DNA of 64,000 bases, taken from NCBI GenBank assembly GCA_965261005.1, contig OZ253375.1:320001-384000 (forward strand), given 5' to 3'. This document shows, one piece after another, positions 56,504 through 64,000 of this stretch (positions within the stretch are counted from its first letter, which is position 1; each line of letters opens with the position of its first letter). The notes below the pieces were generated by a model. The model did not search any database. It was not told the DNA's origin and worked only from the letters and a program-made list of their open reading frames with translations. The translations under genes were made by a program, and so were the position numbers. This DNA comes from Deinococcus sp. GTDB lineage: Bacteria > Deinococcota > Deinococci > Deinococcales > Deinococcaceae.

Positions 56504-59500
56504 TCAATACCTCAGCGAGTACCCCAGCTTAAAGGTGCTGCCCGAGCGCCCGCTGGTCACGCCGAACTGCACCCCCGAGCGCGGCGTGAAGTTGTAGGCC
56601 ACCGAGAACGAGGGATTGAGGGTCGCGAAATCTAAACCTTTGATGGGAGAGGAGGCCGCGAAGGTGAAGCGGCCGTCCTGGGTGGTGTAGCGGGCGTTCA
56701 GCAGGCCCTCGCCGCCCAGGTCCACCTGGTATTGCAGGTAAAACTCGCGCGTCAGGTAGGCGCCCAGCGTCAGCTGCGCCGAGAAGCCGCCCTCGCCGGA
56801 CAGCAAGTTGGTGCGCAGCCGCAGCACGTCGAGGCCGAGGGCCTTCGCCAGGCCGCGCTCGACCTCGCCCACGAAGAAGACGTTCAGGGCCGTCTTGAGG
56901 GCGCTCTGGGTTAATTCCCCCGGCAAGGTGGCGGCGCCCAAGGTCCCAAAAGCGACCAGCGCGTAGAGGTCGGACTCGGTCAGGGGCTGCCCGTCCCGCG
57001 TGCAATTGGCGCTGCACGCGAAACTGGTCTCCAAACTGAGCGCCCGCCCGCCCGAGCCGTCCGCCCCAAAGGTGCCGCGCACGCTCACGTCCACGCCCAC
57101 CGGGGTGTCCGCGTCCGGCACCACGCCGCTCGCCAGCACGCTGATGTCGGGATACGCCGACCCTCCGTCCCAAGTCGCGCCCGCCCGCTGGAGGGCGAAC
57201 TCGTTTTCGCGCAGAAACAGCGTGCCGCGCACTGCCCGCACGGTTCCGCGCAGCTTGGGATCGCTGGCCCGACCCGAGAGCGTCAGGCCGCCCTCGAAGT
57301 CCGCCCGCACCAAGTTCTCGTCGAGCCGCGCGCCGTTCGGCAGGCTGATGGGCACGTCGTCGAAGACGACGCGCTCTAAAAAGGGGCTGGCCGCCCCTTG
57401 GCCGCTCGGCGCCGGAAAGGTCACCAGCTCGGGCGGCAGCGGGCTGGTGAAGGTGCCCGGCCCCGCCGGGTTCTTGACGCTGCCGGGCGCGGTTAGCCCC
57501 TCCGGCGCGCCCGTTCGGCCCAGTACCAAGCGCGTGGCGCTCAACGTGCCGTCCACGGCGTAGTCCTCGCCGCGCTGGGTAACGCTCAAATCGCCGCTGA
57601 GCACGCTTTCCTTGGCGAAGATGGCGCCGATCTGCGGCGCAAAAGCGCGGGCGCGCACCCTCAAGTCCAGCTGTGGGGCGAGCCGCCCGGTCACGCTGAG
57701 GGTGCCCTCCTGCACGGCGCGGGCGTTCAGGGTCCAGCCGTCCCCCTCCTGCGCCAGATCGGCCACGACCTCGCCAACCGGGCCAACTTGGCGGCTGGCG
57801 AAGTCGCCGGCGTACCGGGCGCGAACGCCCGCTAGCTGTCCATTCGTGAAAGTGCCCCCCGCGCTCAGCCGCCCCCCCGCCGCCAGGGTGCCCCCCAGCT
57901 TGACGCCGCCCGAGAGCTGCCACGCGCCCCCCGCCAATTGGCCCGACACGTCGCTCAGGGCGAAGGTGACGCCGTTCAGCCCGCCCTGCAAGCTCGGCGC
58001 GCTCAGCTTGGCCTCGGGCCGCTCGTAGCGGCCGCCCAGGGTTAGCAGCACGTTCCCCTGCAAGCTCGGCCCCTGGCCCCGCAAGGCCGGCACCAGGGCG
58101 AGCACCGGCGTGAAGGTCGCGTTTCCGAAGCTGGCCCTCAAGTCCACGCCGGCCCGCGTGTACGTTCCCCGCACGTCCCAATCGCCCGCGCCGCCCAAAT
58201 GCACATTCACGTCCGTCAATTCGCGGTCGGCGTAGCTCAGGCTGCCGCCGCCAATCAAGCGCTCCTGCCCCGCCGCCACGCTCAAGCGCTCGGCAACCAG
58301 GTCGTAGCGCCCGGCCAGCGGGTCGGCGAGCGGCACCTCGAAGCGGGCCAGGCCGGTCAGCAAGCCCGTGCCCGGCAGCGGCCCCGTGGCCGCCGACAAG
58401 GCGGCGCCCAGCGGAAAGGCGCTCAGCTGCACCCGGCCGCGCAGCACCCCCGCCGCGAGCGAGCCGAACAGCTGCGAGTTGCCCAGGTAGCCGCGCACGC
58501 GCCACCCGTCGCCGTCGGCCGTGCCCTCGACGCGCGCGGGCAGCGCCTCGCCGGCCAGCTTCAAGTCCTGAGACGCCACCACGAAGCTGGACCCGCCGGG
58601 AGAAGAAAAGCTGGCGCTGACGCTCAGCTGCCCCTTTAAATTTGGCGCCACGTCCAGTCTCGCGAGGTCCAGCGAGGCGGCGCGGGCGTCCAACTGGTAG
58701 CTGCCGCTCGCCGGTTTTAGCCCGAGGTCCAGGCCGGGCAAACGCTCCGAGAGCAGCGCGCTCAAGTCGCCCTCGCCGCTCAGCCGCAGCGTGCCCGCCG
58801 GAACGTTCGCCGAGCCGTTCAAGTCGAAGCTGTTCTCTTTTATGCCGACGTCGCCGCTCAGCCGCACCGCCCGCCCGGCCAGCTTGAGGGGGTAGCCCGC
58901 CGCGCTCAGCGCGCCGTTCGCGAGGCCGTTCTCCAGCTTCAGCGCGGCCGACAGCGTGCCGCCGCCCCGCTTGAGCTGGCCCGACAATTGGCCCGACCAC
59001 GTCTGCGCGCGCCGCACGTTGACCGCTACCGTCCCGTCCGGCCCGCTGAGACTGCCCAGCACGCTCAGCTGCCCGTTCTCCAAGCTGGCGCCGCCGCTCA
59101 AATCACCGGCCAGCGGCAGGTCCAGCATGGGCACGCGCAGGGGAGAGGCCGCCCCCGTCACGGCGAACTGCCCCGACCCCGCCTGCCCCGACCCCGCGCC
59201 GCCGCCGGACTGATAGCTGGCGCTTGCCTGCACCCGGCCCCGCACGCCCGCCAGCCCCAACGCGGCGAGGTCGAGTCCCGGCAGGTTCAGGCGCACGCTC
59301 TGCCCGTCCAGCGTCAATTGCCCCCCGCTCTGTCCGTCCGAGATCAGCAGCCGGCCACCCTTGGGCGTCAGGTCGCCGGTCGCCGTCCAATTGCCGTAGG
59401 CGGCGTTCAGCGCGCCTTGCGGCGCCGCCAAGCTGCCCGAAAGGTCCAGGCGCACCCGGCCGCCGCCGCGGCTCAGGGTCGCCTCGCCGGACAGCGCGCC

Positions 59501-62500
59501 GCCGGCAAGCTCGAATTCCCCGGAGGCGCCCGTGTCCGGGCCGTTCAAAAAGGTCAGCCGCGCGCCCTGCCCGTCCGCCCGCAACGCCGTCGCCGCCCCC
59601 AGCAGCTTGGCACTGCCGGAAAGGCTCGGCCCCGTCCACGAACCGCCCAGCTTGAGGGCCACATCGTCCGTGAGAACGTTCTTCAAGGTGCTGCCCACCG
59701 CGCTCACCCGCCCGCCGCCGGTCCAGCCCAGCGCCCGGCTGCCGGCCACGTCGAAGCTGGCCCGCGCTCCCGCGCCCTCCAGGGTGCCGCTCGCGCTCAC
59801 GGCATTCGGCCCGCCGACCAGCTTGACCCGCCCCGCGACGTTGCCACTCACCTCGACCTGCGCCCGCCCGCCGCCCAAGTTGCCCGTGCCCGTGACCGAC
59901 AGGCGGCTGCCGTAAGCGCTCAGGGTCAGCCCGTCCAGGCTCAGCTGTCCCGCCCGCAGCTGTCCAACCGGCTTCCCACCCTGCGTGACCTCAAGCGCCG
60001 GCGACCCCAGCGGCCCGCCGCCCGACACCGCCACGCCCTCCAGCGTCACGCCGCCGCGCGCCACGTCTTGAAACGCGCCGGCGAGCGTGAGTTGCAGGTC
60101 GCTGAGCGGGCCGGTCAGGGCCACGTTCAGCGCGCCGGAGCCGCCCGCGCCAAGGGCGTCCAGCGGCGTGAGGGTCCCCCGCGCGCTGACTTGGGGCAGA
60201 AAGCCGCTCAGCTGAACCCGCGCGTTTCCGAGCGTCCCGGCGTCCACCTGGTAAGCCCCCGTCCCGTCGCCGCTGACCCGAACGGGCTGGGCCAGCGCCG
60301 CCAGCCTCGCCTCGGCGACGCCGCGCAATTGCGGCCAAGCGCCGGCCAGATCGAGCGTCAGCTTGTCCTGGCCGCGCGCCACCTCGCCGCTCAAGTTGAC
60401 GTTCACGGCCGGCGGCGACAGCCGCACCCCCGACAGCGCGCCGCTGAGGCTGCCCGAGTACGGCCCGCGCAGCTCGGCCCGCACGTCCGCACGCGGCCCG
60501 CGCAGTTGACCCGCGAGATCGAAGGTCGCCGCCACTTCCGGCCGCTCCAGGCGCAGCTGGCCGCCCAACTGCGGATTCCCGGCCGCGCCGCTCAGGGTCA
60601 GCGTCCCGTTCAACTGGCCCAGCGACGCGTCTTGCAGGTTCTTGACCGCAACCCGCACGCCCCCCGGTAGCGCGCCATTCACCGTCACGTCGCCCCCCAG
60701 AACTTGTCCTTTGAGGTCGGCGCTGAGTTCCCGTGGCGTGTACCCCAGCTGGCCCTCCAAAGCGAACGGCCCCACCCGCGCCTGAACGCCGCTCAGGCGC
60801 AAGTTCTCCAAGGTGGCCGAGGTCAGCCCGCTTCCGTTCCCCGCCGCCCGCGCCCCGCCGGCGAAGCGCAGCGACGTGACTTGCCAAGCGGGGGGCAGCA
60901 GCCGCGCCAAGTCGAGGCCCGGCGAAGTCAGGCTCGCCCGGTACGTGCCCCCGGTCCAGCGAACCCCGGCTTGCAGGACGGGTCCCTTCAGGGCCGCGCT
61001 GAGGGCGCCGTTCTCGAAGCTGCCGCTCAGATCGCCGCCGAGTTGGCCGGCCGCGTCCTCAAGCTGCCCGGTCAGACTGGCTTCCGGCGCGGCCCAGCTG
61101 CCGCCCAACTCGGCCCGCCCGCTGGCGCTCAGCTGACCGCCGCGCCCCCACAGCGCGCCCAGGTCGAAGCGTGCCAAGCTCACCTCGCCCCCCGGCCGAC
61201 CCAGGATGTCCGCCGGCAAGCGGGCGCTGACCTGACCGGCGCCGATTCGCCCGCCCAAGTTCAGGGCGCCCGCGCCGCGCGAGGTCAGCCGCGCCGCTTG
61301 GCCGTAGGCCCGCCCGCTCGCAATCAGATTTCCGCCCCAGCCCGCCGCCCGCGACCAGCTGGGATCGCCCGCCAGGGCCAGCCGGCCCTCCGGCCAGATC
61401 AGCTCACCGTCCACGTTGAACTCGGCGCGCGCCACGCCCGAGAGCGTGCCGCGCGCCTCGCCGCTCAGGGCGCCGGCGGCGCGCACGACCCAATCCCTGC
61501 CCAGCAGGCGGGCCGTGACCTCGCTGCCGGGAACGCTCAGGGTGGGCAGGGCGCCGGCTTTGCCGGTTCGCGTGGTCCCGCTCGCCTTCAGCTCTGGCTC
61601 GCTCAGGCGGCCCCCCGCGCTCCAACGGTACGTGCCGGGCAGCCCGGCGTTCACCTCGGCCCGCCCTGTTAACCCCAACCGGGGGTATAGCTGGCCGCCA
61701 CCGCTTAACTGAACGCCGGCGACGCTGGCCGCCGCGTTCTCCAAGCTCAGCGCGCCGCCTTGCCAGCGCAGCGGTGCGCTGAAGTCCGCGCCCGCGACCG
61801 TGCCGCGCAGCCTGCCCACCGCCGCCTGCAAGCTGCCCTCGACGCTGCCGCTCAGCTGGCCGCTTTGCCCGATCAGCGGCCTTAAGTCGGGCGCCAGCAC
61901 GCTCAGGCTGCCGCGCCAAGTGCCGCCCTCCGGCCGCGCCAGCAGCTCGGCGCGCGCCCCGGCCAGCTCGCCGCTCAGCTGGACGGCGCGCGCCCCAACC
62001 GTGCCGCCGAGCCGCACCGCCTTGTTCTGCACGACGCCCGAGGCCGCCACGCGCACGCCAGCCACCCAATCGCCCGCCAGTGTGCCGCTCAAGTCGCCGG
62101 AGGTGAGCTTGGCGCTCGCCCGTGGGTACAGCTGGCCGCGCAATTCGGCGGCTTGCCCGTTCAGCGCGCCGCTGAGGTCGGCATCCAGCTGGCCGGCGCG
62201 CAGGGTCAGGCTGCCCCCGGCCCGCCGCTCTCCCTGGCGCACATCCAGCCGGACCTCGCCCGCGCCGCGTTCCAAGTTGAAGCCCGGCAAGCGGAGGTCC
62301 CCCGTCAGCTCACCCGAGACCCCGTCCAGCCAGGGGCGCAAGTCGGCCGCCTCCAGCCGCGCCCCGCGCACGCTCAGGCCGTCCGCGCTCACCTCAAAGG
62401 GAAGCTGGCTGCCCGCGTGCGTCAGCGCGCCGCCCACGCGCCACGCGCCCGACCACCCAGCCACGGCGTCCAGGCCGACCGGCGCGCCCAGATAGCGGGT

Positions 62501-64000
62501 TCCGCTGAGGGTGGCCGTCGCCCTTGGTCCGTCCAAGTTCACCCGCAACCTTCCGGCCTCAAGCGCGCCCCGCAGCGTCTCCGGCAGGCGCGCCGCGAAG
62601 GGGGAAAGGTCGGCGCTGAGGCTGCCCTTGTGACGCGGCCACAGGGTGACCTTGCCCGTCAGGGGGCCGCCCGCCGTGGCGGTGAGGCCCGTCCCCCGCC
62701 CCCTCAACACGGCGCTTCCCGCTTGCCCGGCCAGCGAGTAGGGCACCCTCAGCGCGCCGGTGAACGACCCGTTCGCGTAGCCCAAGCCGCCCGCCCGCAC
62801 CGAGAGCGGGTTCAAAGAGGCGGCGAGCGGCACGCTCAGTCCGGGAAACGCCGCCACGTCCCCAAAAACCTGATCGCTCAGGGTCAATTGGCCCGTCAGC
62901 GCCGCGCCGCTTCCCCGCAAGCTGGCCTGTCCCCACTCGCCCGCCGCGCTCAGGTTTACCTCCGATAAGGTCGCCGGCAGCCTCAGGGTCGCCCCGCCGC
63001 TTAACCGCGTCCCGGCCCGCTCCCCTTCGATGCTCAGGCGGCCACCCCGCGCGCTCAGCCGCAGGTTCCCATCTTGCACCTGACCGCTGACCAGCCCGTG
63101 TTCGGCGCTCAGCGCGCCCGTCAGCGTCTCGCCGCGCACGCGGAGCTGATCGAGGTTCACCCGCCAGTCGCTCGCTGAGCCGGCCTCGAAGACTGGGCCG
63201 GCCTCGAAGGTCGCCGAGCCGCCCGCAGCGTCCCGCGCGCTTCCGCTCGCCCGCACATCCGCCCCCGTGCCCGTTACGCTGACGTCCAGCAGCACGTTCT
63301 CGATCTCGCCGCGCAGCTTGGCCTTGTAGCTCCGCCGGGGCACGTTCAGCTGACCGCTGGCCCGCAGGCCCAGCCCGGAGGCGACCAGGTCCACACCCCG
63401 CCACGGCCCGCCCGCCCGCAAGCGCGCGTCGCCCAGCTCGGCCCCCAAATCGAGGTTCCCCGCCCAATCCGGTCCCAGCCGCGCCGCGACCTGGGCCTGC
63501 CCGGTTCGCCCAAAGGCGCTGAGCCGCTGCCCGCCGTTCACGCGCAGCTGGCCGTCCGAAAACGAAAGTTTGAGGTCGCCCCAGCTGCCCGCCGCTCGCA
63601 GCGGCGTCAGCGTGCCGGCCAGCTTGAGCGTCTGCGCCGGCAGCGTCAGGCCGCCCAAGGTCGCCTTCGCCGTCTCACCGCCGAGCGACCAGCGCGCGCC
63701 CGTCGGCTCGCCGCTCACGTGCGCCGCCAGCGCTGAGCCGTAGGCCCGCAGCGTCCCGCTTAAATCGGCGCGCGGAAGGAGCGGCCCGCTCAGGCTCAGT
63801 CGCGCGCCCGAAGCGGCGGCGCTCAAGCTGGTCAGCCGCGCGGCGCCACGGTTCAGCGCCACACCTGCCTCGACAGTTGCCCCCGCCGCCGTGGCCCGCA
63901 CGCGGGCGCTGCCCACGCCGTTCTGGACCTTCAACGTCACTCGCCCGCTCAGGTCGGGCAGGTTCGCCAGCTGCCCGAATGCGGCCAAGTTGAGCCTGCC
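56504..64000 (-). CDS. Giant TamB-like translocation/assembly protein (5' end beyond the window)
   Basis: Open frame of about 2500 aa, Gly/Leu/Ala-rich beta-repeat sequence ending in a DUF490-like region ([23 protein letters not shown]) and terminal GYSLRY. Confidence 0.8.
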   Translation of the reverse strand, partial: GRLNLAAFGQLANLPDLSGRVTLKVQNGVGSARVRATAAGATVEAGVALNRGAARLTSLSAAASGARLSLSGPLLPRADLSGTLRAYGSALAAHVSGEPTGARWSLGGETAKATLGGLTLPAQTLKLAGTLTPLRAAGSWGDLKLSFSDGQLRVNGGQRLSAFGRTGQAQVAARLGPDWAGNLDLGAELGDARLRAGGPWRGVDLVASGLGLRASGQLNVPRRSYKAKLRGEIENVLLDVSVTGTGADVRASGSARDAAGGSATFEAGPVFEAGSASDWRVNLDQLRVRGETLTGALSAEHGLVSGQVQDGNLRLSARGGRLSIEGERAGTRLSGGATLRLPATLSEVNLSAAGEWGQASLRGSGAALTGQLTLSDQVFGDVAAFPGLSVPLAASLNPLSVRAGGLGYANGSFTGALRVPYSLAGQAGSAVLRGRGTGLTATAGGPLTGKVTLWPRHKGSLSADLSPFAARLPETLRGALEAGRLRVNLDGPRATATLSGTRYLGAPVGLDAVAGWSGAWRVGGALTHAGSQLPFEVSADGLSVRGARLEAADLRPWLDGVSGELTGDLRLPGFNLERGAGEVRLDVRQGERRAGGSLTLRAGQLDADLSGALNGQAAELRGQLYPRASAKLTSGDLSGTLAGDWVAGVRVAASGVVQNKAVRLGGTVGARAVQLSGELAGARAELLARPEGGTWRGSLSVLAPDLRPLIGQSGQLSGSVEGSLQAAVGRLRGTVAGADFSAPLRWQGGALSLENAAASVAGVQLSGGGQLYPRLGLTGRAEVNAGLPGTYRWSAGGRLSEPELKASGTTRTGKAGALPTLSVPGSEVTARLLGRDWVVRAAGALSGEARGTLSGVARAEFNVDGELIWPEGRLALAGDPSWSRAAGWGGNLIASGRAYGQAARLTSRGAGALNLGGRIGAGQVSARLPADILGRPGGEVSLARFDLGALWGRGGQLSASGRAELGGSWAAPEASLTGQLEDAAGQLGGDLSGSFENGALSAALKGPVLQAGVRWTGGTYRASLTSPGLDLARLLPPAWQVTSLRFAGGARAAGNGSGLTSATLENLRLSGVQARVGPFALEGQLGYTPRELSADLKGQVLGGDVTVNGALPGGVRVAVKNLQDASLGQLNGTLTLSGAAGNPQLGGQLRLERPEVAATFDLAGQLRGPRADVRAELRGPYSGSLSGALSGVRLSPPAVNVNLSGEVARGQDKLTLDLAGAWPQLRGVAEARLAALAQPVRVSGDGTGAYQVDAGTLGNARVQLSGFLPQVSARGTLTPLDALGAGGSGALNVALTGPLSDLQLTLAGAFQDVARGGVTLEGVAVSGGGPLGSPALEVTQGGKPVGQLRAGQLSLDGLTLSAYGSRLSVTGTGNLGGGRAQVEVSGNVAGRVKLVGGPNAVSASGTLEGAGARASFDVAGSRALGWTGGGRVSAVGSTLKNVLTDDVALKLGGSWTGPSLSGSAKLLGAATALRADGQGARLTFLNGPDTGASGEFELAGGALSGEATLSRGGGRVRLDLSGSLAAPQGALNAAYGNWTATGDLTPKGGRLLISDGQSGGQLTLDGQSVRLNLPGLDLAALGLAGVRGRVQASASYQSGGGAGSGQAGSGQFAVTGAASPLRVPMLDLPLAGDLSGGASLENGQLSVLGSLSGPDGTVAVNVRRAQTWSGQLSGQLKRGGGTLSAALKLENGLANGALSAAGYPLKLAGRAVRLSGDVGIKENSFDLNGSANVPAGTLRLSGEGDLSALLSERLPGLDLGLKPASGSYQLDARAASLDLARLDVAPNLKGQLSVSASFSSPGGSSFVVASQDLKLAGEALPARVEGTADGDGWRVRGYLGNSQLFGSLAAGVLRGRVQLSAFPLGAALSAATGPLPGTGLLTGLARFEVPLADPLAGRYDLVAERLSVAAGQERLIGGGSLSYADRELTDVNVHLGGAGDWDVRGTYTRAGVDLRASFGNATFTPVLALVPALRGQGPSLQGNVLLTLGGRYERPEAKLSAPSLQGGLNGVTFALSDVSGQLAGGAWQLSGGVKLGGTLAAGGRLSAGGTFTNGQLAGVRARYAGDFASRQVGPVGEVVADLAQEGDGWTLNARAVQEGTLSVTGRLAPQLDLRVRARAFAPQIGAIFAKESVLSGDLSVTQRGEDYAVDGTLSATRLVLGRTGAPEGLTAPGSVKNPAGPGTFTSPLPPELVTFPAPSGQGAASPFLERVVFDDVPISLPNGARLDENLVRADFEGGLTLSGRASDPKLRGTVRAVRGTLFLRENEFALQRAGATWDGGSAYPDISVLASGVVPDADTPVGVDVSVRGTFGADGSGGRALSLETSFACSANCTRDGQPLTESDLYALVAFGTLGAATLPGELTQSALKTALNVFFVGEVERGLAKALGLDVLRLRTNLLSGEGGFSAQLTLGAYLTREFYLQYQVDLGGEGLLNARYTTQDGRFTFAASSPIKGLDFATLNPSFSVAYNFTPRSGVQFGVTSGRSGSTFKLGYSLRY

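Overview
GC-rich bacterial chromosomal segment that looks like Deinococcaceae, inferred from the TilS-TadA fusion, the ferritin-like desiccation protein, bshA/bshB, spoVS, a giant TamB-like gene, many leaderless TAnnnT promoters and a Deinococcus-type small repeat. The backbone is housekeeping: methylmalonyl-CoA mutase/meaB, pyrRBC with a PyrR attenuator, pyrD, an Rrf2/IscR regulator, gltB, rsmB, a Frc-like sugar ABC operon with LacI, an ABC-2 exporter, tRNA-Pro(CGG), recX, rpsT, bshA, sucCD, ABC-F, an HD-GYP sensor and tamB. Two accessory blocks stand out. (1) About 38.0-45.2 kb carries an orphan DUF4157 (eCIS-associated) protein with GH19-like and NlpC/P60 cell-wall hydrolase domains, translationally coupled to a secreted putative immunity protein. 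An AT-rich cassette spans the toxin tail and the immunity N-terminus, the two proteins share a beta-rich module, and the toxin has one in-frame amber stop. (2) About 47.5-52.0 kb carries a decayed HNH-AP2 gene and a LysR/FAD-monooxygenase/MBL-hydrolase cargo bracketed by a 71-bp duplication of the ABC-F promoter and 5' end. Several genes are broken by clean internal deletions or single nonsense codons. No CRISPR array, rRNA or intact transposase/integrase was seen. All assignments come from motif recognition by eye; no database searches were run.
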